Positions 12,501 through 27,500 of a stretch of 64,000 bases of DNA are shown piece after piece. Position 1 is the stretch's first letter. Every line of letters begins with the position of its first letter. Below the pieces are notes generated by a model that was not told the DNA's origin, searched no databases, and was given only the letters and a program-made list of their open reading frames with translations. The stretch covers positions 1,007,725 to 1,071,724 of the forward strand of contig NMRA01000083.1 in the NCBI GenBank assembly GCA_002633005.1, written 5' to 3'. The position numbers and the translations under genes are program-made. The stretch is from Phoronis australis (Eukaryota > Animalia > Phoronida).

Positions 12501-15500
12501 GGGCCCCCCGCCCTGCAACATGGCCTGGTGTATGGCCCCCACTCCCTCCTGTTGAGCATCAGCTGGGGGGTCTGCAGGGGGGGCATTGTGAGGCGCTTGC
12601 TGGGGCTCATCCGCCCCGACAACAGTCTCGTCCTGGCAGCAAAACAAGAGAAATCACCAGGAGAAAAACAATTGGATTGGCCAGTATTAACAAGTTCAGG
12701 TACCATTCTTGGAACCAGCCACCGCCCATAGCATTTATCGAGTCCAACTGGTCTTAAAAGGTGCACCCAGATTATTTAAGAGTGTGACCAGTGAATGATT
12801 TTTCTATGCATCAGCTTGTTGAGTTTTATTTGCAAATGAAAGAGTTCTGCACAGAATGACAATACTAAAGAACTTCTCAGTAAAGCATTTTTGCAAATCA
12901 AACAGGATGTGAATGTAAAAGTGATGACATGTCACAACCTCCTTTCCAATCTAATGATGCACCACCACACACAACAAAGACAGCACAGACATGTCATGTC
13001 CATCACATTAANTGTTTTCATTAACAGTGTACTTTTCTAATTAAAATAAGTCACTCTAGTGAACTGCATTTTTCCAATGAACTGCAATGCTATTTTTCCA
13101 AATTCAGTTCTCTTTAAATCAGCAGAATTTCATTTCATTTCTGATGAACAGCATTATTTTCTCTAGAACAATTATCATGTCATGCTCAAGAGAAAAAAAA
13201 GAAACGGTTCATGAGAAAAGAATCCAGTTCGGGGAAATTTAAGAGAAAAGATAAGCAGTTCGTAAGAAAAAAGGTAAGCCAATGAGAACACCAGTGCAGA
13301 TCGTAAGGGAGAAGATAGTTCACCCTGTACTAGCATTAATACTTTTTGTCATGTTGAGTTTCTGTCACATTTGGTGTAACAACTGGAGGTGTCAAAGCGT
13401 CGCCTGAGTGGTTGGCAATCCATAACAATAAGGAATTATACTATTTACTATTTAAAGGACATTCAAGCAAGTACGCACTAATTTCTATTGGAAACTACAA
13501 TAAGAATAAATCCAGTCATGCGTAACAAACATTATGAAGACAACACTCAGGTACAAAAACACCATCTATTCTTCAGTTGTAATAAAAACTAAGCAATTTA
13601 ATTGTACATGACAATCAAAATATATTAAGTGGTACAGAGTGTTGAACAAACCAGTGGGAAGGTCCAACTTTTTAACACTCAAAATGCAGTAATTACAAGG
13701 TTTACCTGGAAGAACAAGACAGACCATGCTGGCCACAAATAGAGTCACACCTATCAGCACAATTAGACCTATCACCTGAAAAACAAAACCATGGGTCAAT
13801 ATTATAGTTTCATTTTCATCAAATAGACATCTGCAAGTAACCTAAAGGAAGTCACAGATAATCAAAGGAATTTGAACAGCTTTGTCAACACTTTCATTCA
13901 AATATTGTTAATATGTAATAATTAACAGTAAATGTTGTCAGTGACAAGGAAAAGGTAATGAATTGATACCCTCTTTTATTCAAGTGTTTCACACACGTGC
14001 TCGTAGGAGCTAGCAGCTACCCATTGCATATGTACATTCCATAAGCAGGGTGATATTTGTGTGTTTTGGAAATTCTTAATAGTTTCATTCAATAGTTAGC
14101 GCTAAATTTAATACGAGTCAACATGTGCCGGTCTACATAACATTTAAGAAATTTGCTCCCTTGTTTTACTCCAGCATTCCACATATCGACTCATGCCATC
14201 ATTCCAGATATGTGGGCAGCTTCATGGTATGGGGCCAAACACACGTGTACATGGTAAATGAACAGGAACTGAAACCAGTCAATTAGAAACTTACTCTCAC
14301 AGGGAAAAATCTCGGCCGCTTGTAAGGCTGGAAACCTGTGGGCCCCCCGCCCTGCAACATGGCCTGGTGTATGGCCCCCACTCCCTCCTGTTGAGCATCA
14401 GCTGGGGGGTCTGCAGGGGGGGCATTGTGAGGCGCTTGCTGGGGCTCATCCGCCCCGACAACAGTCTCGTCCTGGCAGCAAAACAAGAGAAATCACCAGG
14501 AGAAAAACAATTGGATTGGCCAGTATTAACAAGTTCAGGTACCATTCTTGGAACCAGCCACCGCCCATAGCATTTATCGAGTCCAACTGGTCTTAAAAGG
14601 TGCACCCAGATTATTTAAGAGTGTGACCAGTGAATGATTTTTCTATGCATCAGCTTGTTGAGTTTTATTTGCAAATGAAAGAGTTCTGCACAGAATGACA
14701 ATACTAAAGAACTTCTCAGTAAAGCATTTTCGCAAATCAAACAGGATGTGAATGTAAAAGTGATGACATGTCACAACCTCCTTTCCAATCTAATGATGCA
14801 CCACCACACACAACAAAGACAGCACAGACATGTCATGTCCATCACATTAACGCTACTGTTCACATCAACTTGTAAAACCCCTACCATTATCTTACAACTT
14901 TGCACTCCCAAAACATGATGGCGTGTTTTACCTCATCTGTATCCGTGATCGTGACATCACCCAGCAGGTAGGAACGAATGTTGAGTATACAGGCGACACC
15001 TATTGTCCAGCCCTTGACTAAGCCCTTCAACCATGACCTCGTGTGGCCTTGTTCCAACAGAGCGGGCAAGACAACTTGCAAGAGGAGTAATTCTAGGGAT
15101 AACTCACTCACCGGAGCATCACTACAATAGAGTGAACAGACTACATTGACATCATACGGAAATGCGCATTATTTCAAGTACAGTGGAAATTCGTTGAATG
15201 GTTGCCAGTTTGCAACCCAGAAAGTTTGACTTCACGGAAGAGCAAGTTTTCCTATGAAAGCTTTTCCACAATTTTAGACACTAAAAACTTTTCTTAGATG
15301 AGCAAATTTTCAAATGATGGACAAAACTCCAAATTTTTAAGAAAATGATTTGGCTTTGCAAAGTCTGGCAAGAATTTATGAAAAATGCTAACTTGATACA
15401 AAACTGTAGAAGTTTAGTCCACCTTTGTTCAGATGGACATACACAGACTATTACCACAAATACCTTCACAAAGGCTTATAATAGTGGACCACTATCCAGT

Positions 15501-18500
15501 GATCAATCAACAGGTGAAAACAAGGTCACAAAAATTACCACAGACCACCGGCCATAAGCAGGTAGAGGACACTGGCTTAATAAGTTCACATCAAAACTAT
15601 TAGTGGCATGTATTCAAATGTCATGAATAAGCCAATTAAACTGATGTAATACTGCTGGTTTCACGCACAACACATAACCCCATAGTCAGCCATGGAAACT
15701 AAATGCGTTACACGAAGCATAAAGGTTTAAACCTGTAATTTCTTGTTTTCACTTATGAAAACAAGAAAGTCTAGCTAACAGAATTTTTTTTACGAAGCAT
15801 AAATTTGAATATTCAGTTGGCCAGCCCTACCATCTCCTCAAGTGTTTTACTCTGGACATTCTTCATGGCAAGGTATGTGAAGTTGAGTGGAAGCAGCTGA
15901 ATTTGTGAATAAATGGCATAGTTTCAATTCTGATTTTCGGATATCTACACATGATGAAACTAAGTAAACGATTTTTAAACCAACATCCAAATACAGTTCA
16001 AGTCTTCGGTAAAATATCTTTGCATCACTCTTTACAAAACCTCTTCATGATCACCTCAGTTAAGAATGCCTGCAAAAACACGCGCAGACACACTAATATA
16101 CGTGCTGAGCTGCAGACTAAAACAATATTCAAGTCTCCCACCTGTTCAACATGACGTTGTATGGGAGGAACGTAGGTAGGACCTTCCTAATGACCTGTAC
16201 TGGCGCCCAGAGCATGAGAAGCACGACACTGCCGAATATGACGATGGATGCCACGAAGCGACGAATATGTCTGAGGATGGGCAAATGAATCATCTGTGGA
16301 AGAAACACGGCACAATGTAGCAATAAAATTCACCTTTTATTTATGTGCACCTAAACACTATTTCACAAGTAAAAATAACATTGGCAACCAGTCAATTGTT
16401 TAAAACTGAGGTCAGATTCAATCGATATCTGACAAAATGTTAAATGCCTGCTGCCAGTCAAGCTGCGAGTTTCCGACAACTTTGTGGCAAAGTAGCCTTT
16501 ACTATTCGTCACTGGAAGTTCTCCGTGTCACACTCATACAGCAGTATTTGTCTATGGTCTGTTTTCTTGCTATAGGGAAAATGAATTTACAACTGCAGCA
16601 CACAAAATACCATGGTGCAAAAAACATTACTTAACACTATAGTAACAAGTGCAAAACATGACAAATACCATTCATAGACACTTCAAATACAATGCTACAG
16701 TTAGATACAGGGCTTGGAATGACAAATGACAAAAAGAGAAAGAGTTTCCAGGTGATGTATGGTTCCACAAATAAACAGGCTTAAGTGATGGAAATATTTC
16801 CTGTGTTGTAAAAATTAACTGAAATAAACGTTTGCATGAATAAAGTCAAAATAATGATGAAAAAAGAGACAAAACAGAGGAAACGGGAAATCAAATAAGA
16901 GCAAATCAAAACCAAAAAAGAGGAAATCCCCTTAAAAGAGGAAAATTCCGAGCCCTGTAGATAATATTAAATGGACTGTGAACAAGATTAAATCAACATA
17001 AAATTGACTTAAACTTACTATCTGGTTGAAGGATTAAGTTGGACATTCAACATGTTGGTGTTCACACTAACCTCCCTTCAATGTTTCAATTCCACCCAAT
17101 CAAACATATAACAACAATTATACTGCTCTATATTGGAGAGACAAGTGAACATTTGATATCAAGCACAACAAGTGTAACAGTAACAGGCCAGCTTACACTC
17201 ATCAAAACACAGATGTGTGAACATTAACACCGACCCCGTCTTCCTTACCTCTTGGATGGGATTAAAGTCTGGATCATTCAGATTTCTTAGGAACCAGAGC
17301 ACCCCCGGCCTCAGTACTTCCCTCAATAGTAGGATGAATGAGGCGAAGTAGAAGACGTAGACCATACCGACTAGCCAGTGAATAAACATGCACGTGCCCG
17401 GGGCCATGTTGAAACTCTGCTCTCGATCCTTTATGGACGAATCAAACATGGACTGAAAAGCAGAAAAAACCTCCTTTATTTTTTTATTTTTAATGATACG
17501 GAAAAGTTGTCTTTGTAAAATTGGTACAATAACGGCTCTCTAAGTCTTGGTAACCAGACTACTTTTAATTGCTTTTCATTAGTAACTTAATGTATTCTCT
17601 AAAAAATTGTAATTTCTTAAAGTTATGTAGGACCCTAAAGAAATGTTCAGATTTGACTAATTTAGAACATCTATCTCACAACGAAAGCTTGGATTCAAAT
17701 GAAACTTTCAGATAGAACTATGCTTAATGCATCAATCTCCAAACCAGTTATCAATTGTTTTTAAAATGTCCAGCTTTTGCATGTGGAGTACCAAAAATAG
17801 GACTTTTATGATTTTCATGGAAAAACTCTTAAAAGTTGCACAAGAGGAAAAGGAAATACTTTTTCGAGATTTCTTCTTAATACATTTACTTCAAATAAAA
17901 CTTAGTGATGTCATTGTTTTCCTATCTATTTCCTTTGTTTCTTTTTCGTTAAATTTCACTAAAAAGACACGGTCACGTGATTCAATTAACAGCATATTAA
18001 AAATGAAAATTTCCAAGCTTTTTACTTCAGAAAATAATTATACTCTTAATAAGTTAAAATCGTTAGTTCCATAAATTGTTTGGCTGAATACATGGACTTG
18101 TCAATACGGTCCTACATAACGATAACAGTCAAACACAACAAAGGCTTTACCAATAAGGGATTGGCCCAGTAAGCTGCAACATGTCAATAAGAAATTAGAG
18201 ATTTTTGCTCTTCAATAATCTGATCTCCTTGTACAGCACCACTATATCAACTCAGTCTGAACAACAAATGGTGAACATGTCAGGTAAATAGAAATTAGAA
18301 ATTTGTTGTAAAAATTTGCTGCTAAATTGACTGCCACACTGGTGGCAACCATGCTAAATTGACTGCTACACTGGTGGCAACCATGCTAAAAATACTAACC
18401 AATGAACAGACATCGAGCCACCATCCACATATCAAAGGGAATACCCCAACTTCAACCACCACCAGTAGCGACACTTTCACCACTATGTGACATAGACCAA

Positions 18501-21500
18501 GGATGCGCTTGGGTCTGCAAAGGATATCAAAAGTTATAGCACACAGCATCTGCTGGTAATAAGAAGTCTAACTGAAAAATTTAATTAAACTTTAATAACA
18601 ATGCAATTCACTGTCAACATAATTCAATAATGACTATTGTTGTTCACCTGGCTCACATTTATTACATTATGCCAAATTCCTGGACGGTCTCAGTTTGAGT
18701 GGGTCAGTAGTTCACAGAATTCCACCTTTAATCACAAAACGCTGTGTTTGCACAAACAATGCATTAGTCAGTGTCTCAGTTTGAGTATGTCAGTAGTTCA
18801 CAGAATTCCACCTTTAATCACTCAACCCAGTGTTTGCACAAACAATGCATTAGTGTCATTAATAGCAGTCAGTTCAATACTTGCTAGTCAAAAATGATTT
18901 CTAGATATTGCAAACTTCACAGTACAGGTTGTCCAACTTCAATAAACTCCAACCCATTTTCAAATTTGCAATGTTAGGGTTGGCAAAACCCACATAAACT
19001 CTGAAGCACTTTCTTGAGTTGCTGGTTTCAATAATCTTATTGGAAGAAACGGAATCCTGCCACTGTGGAATATTAGAGTAAAAGGATAATTTAATTTTCG
19101 TTTTGTAGCCAGCTAAATAGGCCGAAACGCAGCTTTAACGAGGATAACTGAGGACTACTTCCTATCAGGACCCTCATAATTCACACAACATAGACTCCCT
19201 TCCGTGCATTCCAGAGAAGATCGAGTGCAAGGAGAAAAGAAAACATTACTGCAATGCTCATAGTCTGCCATAAAACAAAATATCCATCGAACGTGTGATT
19301 CTGCAATCTAAACCATAGCGCTACATGATTCTGACCACACAATTAAAGCAGGATTAGTTTTCCCACCCACCTGAGAAGCTTTGCTAATGACACCAAGAAA
19401 TGTAGGTTAACAAGAGACACATCAATGATAATGTAACCAATAAGTGTAGTCATGAGCCCTTCAAAGTGTGACGCGGCAATCTGAAATGAACCAGTAGATA
19501 CCACATGCAGTGAAAATACATAGACCTCAGCTGAAGACTCATGTTTGTCTCAGTAAATGAAACGTACAACTAAATATAACCAATATTGCCGTCATCCTTC
19601 ACACTGTATATTCTTTAAGTTTAGTCGATACAACTCAGCACGAGAAGTTCAATCCATTAATTGCCCCACATGAATTGTTTAAAACACCTGACCAAAGAAG
19701 AGATCATGTAGCATATACCAAATTAATTTTTCCCGATTATAACACTAAGTATTTTTAATTTTAAATAAAATGTTATTAAAATAAAAGTAAACTGAAACGT
19801 TCAACAGCAATGAGGTAAAAGTACACTTATGTTCAGCTCAACGCCAACAAACAAAATTTTCAAATTTTCCCCATTTTAATTGCCCCTGCTCAACCTCAAA
19901 TTGTATGATCAAGACTTCCTTGATGGTGAACATGTCTTTGTGAATGCACGACTCGTACAAATTTTATCTCCCAAAACATGCGAAACTCGCTTACACTTCA
20001 GTAACGAAGAGTTTCAGCGGAACCTCGCTTAATTCAGATGACATAATGCCTGTCAACGCTACTACTTTTACTTGACACCTGCACACAAGTCCAACAGGTA
20101 AACCTGAATCGACTGTTCTGGTAAATGCTGGCCCCCGACTTTCCAAATTTCATTTAAAAACACTCATGCTCAGTTAAAGTCCTCCCCGGATTTTTGAACA
20201 CCCCAATCTAAGTGCCCTGGGCGATAACCCAGAGGAGTTCTGTAAACAGCCGGATGGTGCTTACACATACCAGTTTCTCCATCTTCAGCCCAGCGACAGT
20301 AAACTGACCGATGTGGTAAGGACAGAAGGCTGGAAGAGACAATGGGGGATTGTCACTGGTAATACATCGCCATTTTATATGTTTGCTGTTTTGCACAACA
20401 TTATTGAAAAGAAAGTACTTGGAGAGTGCAGACCTCCACAAAGTCATAGCAATTAAGCCCCAGTCATGTGATTTTTCCACGTACATGTAGCTTGTGATCA
20501 CTGTACTGTAAGCATGTTGCAATGATTCATGATGATTTATGCAGCATGGAACACATTTTCTATTGGTTTGTATCTAAAAGGCCACACAGTATGTTTGATG
20601 CCAAGAAACATTGCCAAAATCTTGTGTATTGGCCACGACCCATTTACACGCTCTTTTGAATGTGGTCTTAAATTTTGTTGAGCTGAAGTGGTGACTGATT
20701 GGCTGACTGTGTGAAATAAAAGCTAAACGAAAACAAAACAGACCTTCCTTCTAAGTCCACATTGGTGACAGTAAGCCACAAATTGGAACAAATAACAACC
20801 TCAGATCGTAAACTTCAAACATCTGGATACAACTATGATATCTGGGCAAACATTCTCATCAGAAATCACTGACTGGCAGAGAGACACAGTGGTTTGTGGT
20901 AGCCAGTGGAGGTGCTGACGATTCTTAAAATCAACTTCTTGGTATGACTAAAACAGTACAACTAGTAAGCATCACCAGGTGCCTAAATAATCTTACAGTA
21001 ATTTTTAAGCCAGCAAACACAACAGAGCATAAACACTTACCAAAAACAAGAATAAACAATGTGTTCAGAGACACTACCCAGAAGACATGCTCTAGAAATA
21101 CAAGTGAACCGTCAAGGCCAAGTAACTGAAATAGACAAGTAAAGAACATGTTACGTAATACAACCTTAAATAAAAGCAAAAAATTCGCACAACATAAAAA
21201 TTTACACATGATATATATACACGTTGGATGTGACTTTAGAACTTTTAGGCAGCCATAAACGAATGTGCAGTGTTAAAGTACACAAGCTATTTTTAATAGC
21301 GATGCACTCAAAATCAATTGGCTAAACCTTAATTGTGAGCTGGGAGCATTAGAGCAATTTTCTGCCTTAATTCTCAGTCACTATTCAGGGGACGGTCTCA
21401 TGAAAAGTGACTTAAAGCTTAAGACAAAAATTTGGTCTTGCGCAACACATACCTATTTCTGGACAATAATTCAAACTTACGTTAATACCAAAATAAAGTA

Positions 21501-24500
21501 TCTGAGTATATACCCATAACTGTTAACTACTGAGGAAATTTGTGCAAACTATTTCCAGGCAGTGACGTGCTAATTATTTCACGAATAAGAATTCATTCAC
21601 CAATTGTGAAGTGAGAGCGCAAGACCAAAATTCTGCCTCAAGTCTCAAGTCACGTTTCACATAACAGAGCCCAGGTATTGGGCTTCACTACCTTCAACAA
21701 GTCTCAAGTCATGTTTCACATAACAGAGCCCAGGTATTGGGCTTCACTACCTTCAACAAGTCTCAAGTCATGTTTCACATAACAGAGCCCAGGTATTGAG
21801 CTTCTCAAGTCATGTTTCACATAACAGAGCCCAGGTATTGGGCTTCTCAAGTCATGTTTCACATAACAGAGCCCAGGTATTGAGCTTCTCAAGTCATGTT
21901 TCACATAACAGAGCCCAGGTATTGGGCTTCTCAAGTCATGTTTCACATAACAGAGCCCAGGTATTGGGCTTCACTAACTTCAACACCCACCCTTTCCCAT
22001 GTCAACTCCTCTGCAGCTCGGTCCCACTCTACCGGGTTCCAGTTGATATCGTCTGGAAGCAAACACACACAAATATCAGCAAAATCGCAGCTGTTTTACC
22101 TCTCTGCAGTAAAATTTCCAGGAAAGAACGGCACCCATATAGGCCCAGACGAAATTACGATACTCACAAATGGAAATAGTGGAAATTATTTAGGGTTACA
22201 AGAGTGCAAAGAAGAGTTGAGTATGGTAAAGAGAAGATGAGTATGGTGTCACAGAGGTTCTGACGACCACAAATGTCTCAAGATAGGCAGCAACCTTCAC
22301 AGTCAATTCAATTTTAAATGGATATACACAGAAGCACCAGTTATTCAGAAGACTACTTCAAGCCAGTCGACACAAAGCACACAACATCTTTCAAACTTCA
22401 GATTTTCAATGTATTACACAACTATACACATATTCAGTAATATTCAAACTAGTACCTGGATTTTCTAGAAAGTAAGTTTCCCAAGATTTTCAGTCGTACA
22501 TTTTAGATTCTGAGTATCATGTAAAGCATGTCCCTAATAACCTAATGACAAGGACAATCTAGTCTAAACCTCAGATGAAAGCATACCACTGAATGCACTA
22601 GTTTGTATCTATGAATTACACTTTGTTGCTTTTATCAATGTTCATTGTCTCCATAAACAGGTTCATTTCAACTGAATACAATGCTTGACTTTGCTGGTTA
22701 TGGCCGGCCAACCGCTTATGACATCTGATCGATTCTCCATGACAATTTCCAGCTTATGGATCAATCAGAAGTCTCAGTCGGTTGACTCGGTGGTACCGAC
22801 GAAGTTAATCAAGTACAGTCAGCGTTTTGCTTTACAGCCTACCTTGTGCTGCGTTGTTCTGTTCATTGGCTTGTTGTTCTTGGTCACCAACCCCCTCTGG
22901 TGGTCCATCTTCGTGATCACTCTCATCGTTGATAACTTCATTAACATCACCCGCGTCATCAGGCTGGGCTGGTTGTGCCGCTGCGGGGGCAGGCTGGTCA
23001 TTGTTTGCCCCACCACGGTTACGATTGTTGCCCTGGGCCCACGCAAGCAGGCCACCACCAGCTGCCTGCGGTCAAGGAAATCCACGTATAACGCTTCCAT
23101 TACATCAAACATTCTTTGTTGCAAATTATATTTTGTATCAGAAAAGAAAGCCATTTGAATTTTTCCTATCACACATTTACAATTACTTCTAATCCAGTGA
23201 CATCACAAAATTGTAAGCAATGAAAACAACTGAGCGCAAATATGTTGCCATACAAAAAGGGCAGTAATTGCAGCGATTATTGGTTTCCATCTATCTAAGA
23301 TTTCCTTCCACATTCTTGAAATAAATCCATTTCAATATAGTACGCTAAATTAAATACAATTCCTTGAGGAAGAGCCTGTTGACTGAGAATGTATGGAAAT
23401 GGCAGTGCTGCCACCTACAGTTCCTTGTTACTTTCCCATTGACTGTTCTTTTAAAATATAATCCCAAAAACAGCTGCAAACAGTGTAAATCAGTGCACTA
23501 GACATTTATGATCCATCACCCCCTCCTTAACAAATCACTAGAAATAGTCACTAACAGGGGTCCAAGATTTTGAGAACCAGTTTGATGCCTGCTGCTCGGT
23601 GAAAAAACTGGTTCTCTAAATGTAGGACCCCTGTGACTATTACCCATATCTTTGGCCTGTCAATTAACAGGCACAACTCTGCCTACCATTCCCTGGTTGC
23701 CATGGGCGTTGTCTTGCTCCAGCCAATCAGGTCCACCTCCTTGCAGGATTTGTTCACGAAGCCAGACCAGGCCAATAAAGGCACAGAGTGTGCACGTGAC
23801 CACCAGACAGCCTTGGAAACAGTCAGAGGCCAGATTGTCACTAAAAGATAATTGGAATCATCAAAACAGACACAAAGTATAGGAATTATGTCCCACTGAA
23901 AGTGTATGGTAAATGGTAAGAAAGAAATCTGTGGTTGGAAGATTTCCCGTCAATAACTGAACTTTTAAGCTAAACGTCCCGCACATTTGTTGTACATACT
24001 GCCTGACCATTTCATTAAGCACTGATTAATCAATTAATTAATGGAAGGTCTATTTTGCACAGACATTGCCAATACACATATATTTTCTTTAAGTTGGCTG
24101 CTGAGTTAACTTCACAAAGCCTAAAAAAGTGGTTATCTCTTGAAATTAGGAATTTTTGAGCGATTACTTGTTATAAATGTCATTCTTGTTATTAATAGTA
24201 ATAACAATAGTAATAATACATGCAAATCTCTGGGATTCTCGTTTGTGAGCAGTCAAGATTCCATTAAGTTAAAGAAATATAAAATAAAGTGGGTGAACAT
24301 ATTTGTGTTAAAAACGCTAATAGGTAATAGGCTACCTACGTTACCATGGTTAGTTAAATATTTCTTTAGTAAGTATAAATAGTAAACTCATAAGACTATA
24401 TATTTTTAATTGTTATGACCACAGAATCTTATCATTTCCCCAAATAAGGTCCAAAAGTTCATAATGATGAGACTGTTTTCCTTAAATATCACAGAAACCA

Positions 24501-27500
24501 CCGAAATTTCCAAACAATTTTAAAAATGAAACTTGCAAAGCTCTGAAGCAAATAGAATTAAAAAATAAAGTATGCAATTTTCATAAAAATTATGTTACTA
24601 CGCAGAAAACATGGAGCTCAAAAAATCTAAATTGTTGAGAATAAATACAATTATGTGATTACTAACAACTAGTCATGGCTTTCAGGCACATAACAAGATC
24701 AAGGAGCAAAAAATAATGCTAGGGGTCAGTATAAGTAGTTATATTCAACCCCTGGCAAAGAAAGTAGCCTATTATTTTACTCTAGAAAAACTAACCAGTA
24801 TTTAAGAGGGACCTGTTTTTGTGATCAATCAGATTCAATGAAGAGAATAATAATAAAATACTTTAAAGAGGAGAGGCAACAGTTTCTATTGTCACATTGG
24901 ATTAAATTATAATTTTCCGGTCAACCTACATGAATTTTTGAGTTAATTAAATCCCCAATTCTAATCAAGTATGCACGCGTCTCTAATGACTACATCAATT
25001 TTTCAGAAAATATAATGCAATCGACGAGTTCAAGGAATCGTCGCTCAAGCAAATCTGGTGGGAAATGATTCCAGCTGCGAACATTACTTCCAGAGGAATG
25101 CAAGCACAATTACTTGGAATCCAGGCGACTTTAACTAGTGGACAATTTATCTAGGGATAACCATAAAATCGTAAATTCAACCAAATATGACACAGAAAAT
25201 AGTTGCCTTCCCCTTTTTTATGATAATCATTATCGTCAAAACAAGTAGGTGGAAAATAGAGAAAGACTTACGTGGACAACATATCCAGGGGCAGGGTTAA
25301 CAGCGAACTCACTGACCCCGTGAACAAGCAACGATAAATACGACCTAAAATAAAACAAAATGTTATTAAAAACTTTCTTCAGACATGATCCAATAAAACG
25401 ACTTTTCATTTCATGAAAAATATCAGTGAAATTTAGTGCGCACTATTCAATTCTAGATTCCAAAACATGATTTGGCAATCTGCAGCTTACCAATGCAACT
25501 TAGAATGTGTTTGGCGACCTAAGAAAATCCCAAGTCGCCACGAAGTCGCCACAGCGAGTATCAAAGTCAGGCAATAATTCACTCAAATTTCGTTTCAAAA
25601 TTCTAGTGACATCCAAACTTCGAATTAATAGCATTTTTTCTTAGACTAAATACCATTGGTTCACAATTATTCCGGTTATTTTGTGAAATCAGTGCATTTG
25701 CCAACCTCAGCAGTCAGCACACACCAAACAGCTTCAGTAGAACGTGATCGCACACTTACATGCAGTGAGAGGTACGATGCCAAGCCAAGCAAAGGCCACC
25801 AGTGTATAATGTAACCAGTAGCGGACAGCACGAGCCACACTTCTCAGAAGGCCCATCACTAATACCTTGATAGGCAGGCGCTTGGGCATGTCGGGCGAGT
25901 AGACTGAAATGAAAAACGAGGTGAGTGTCGTCCACGGACTATTCTGACTACCACGATCTTTGAAAGAGCTTTCCACCAATAAAAAGTCCCATGGGGCCCA
26001 AAAACGGAAAATCATACATAAGGGCTGTCAGGATCGTTTTGCATTTTGCCATGGGACAAAGGTGTGGAAAATGTGGAAAAGTGTAATTATTTTCTCAATT
26101 TTGGTCCGTACAAGGAACATTTCAAGCTACTGATGACTAGACAAAACAAATCGTCACCTCCGATATCAACACCGTTTCATTTTTCAATCCCAATAACAGT
26201 AACTCTAAAGCCCACTGAAGTATGAGGGCACGATGATAAGGATAATGTAAATGTCAAAAAAAATCCCACATTTTTCCAATAGAGCCCCCCCCACACACAA
26301 ACACGTATATAACAGCTCCCCTAAAAACAAAGCTGTACACAATTATTTTACTCACTGGGTGTAAATGAAAATCTGTGCTTGCATAATTCACAATATTCTT
26401 TCCTGCTATATTTAAGCCACTGTAGCAAGCTGAAACGAGAAGACAAAATTACAACCTACAGCACTTGCCACTCATAACCTGGTAGCACTGTTAAATAGTA
26501 AGAACTATTACTCTTCATACAAGCCATATGTTGGTGACATCACATGAACTATAGTTAAGTCTGAAAAGATCTCTGTCCTGACGGTGTTCGAACACAGGAC
26601 TTTCTGCCAACAACACAATTATATACAATAAAATAGTAATATTTCATTTAAGTTGAGATGAGCTATTAAATTACTTGATCCCTATGAAAATATGAGGCAC
26701 AAAAAGAACAATTAATCTATATTCTATACCACGTCAGCTAGGTTTACTTGCAAAAATAGATACAGTTATCACCCAGATTGACAGCCTTTCTTTGAGTTCC
26801 TGTTGGCTCACATAAGCACACATTAACATGTCATGAATGTAATTGAGCAACTCATTCACTAGGTGGCGTTAATCTAAATTGATAGCACAGAGCTGCTCCC
26901 CAGCATAAGGTAGTGGTCTCACATAACCTGGATACATGTATGTTTTTAGGGAGGACTATTGATCCACATGCACCTCAACATGAATTTCAAAAGATTCCCA
27001 ATGTCTGTTGCTTACCAGTCTTGGTGAATGTACTTTATACTGCCCATACACACGCAGGGGTGAAACAGTGGTCGTTCTTGGGACCCTTCTGACCGACACA
27101 CACGACAGATGTCTGCAAAAAACAAGTTTCAAAGCTGCATCAGCAATCATGGCTTCCAGAAAGTGACCGCGAGGGTGATGTCTTAACATGGGAAGGTATT
27201 ACAGTTCTACTTCAATGGAGCCTGCAATGACACATCAGCCCACATCTGAGTACATTGATTGCAGAAAGTACTTTTTCAAGCTGGAAGGATGTTAAGACTT
27301 CAACTGCCTCCAATGTTAAGACTCCAACTGCCTCCAAAGCCTGCCCAGGTGTGCACTGACACTAGGAAGGTAAGCAACATCATTTTCTTTCAGCACTCTG
27401 TCTTTTGTCGTTGATTTGAAAACAGCATGTTGTTATAAATACCTTTTGCGCATAGAGGAACACCTCAGGAGGTTGTCGATGTGTTTAATTCCTTCCTACT

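Noticed and set aside
21642-21985. Regular repeats resembling a CRISPR array, and ORFs 21716-22240
   Set aside because: The units are head-to-tail with no unique spacers, the context is a eukaryotic intron with no cas genes, and the ORFs are just the 42-bp unit translated.
22685-23192. ORFs of 157, 117 and 87 aa
   Set aside because: Antisense or alternative frames of the GC-rich MARCHF6 exon 7 (22843-23065).
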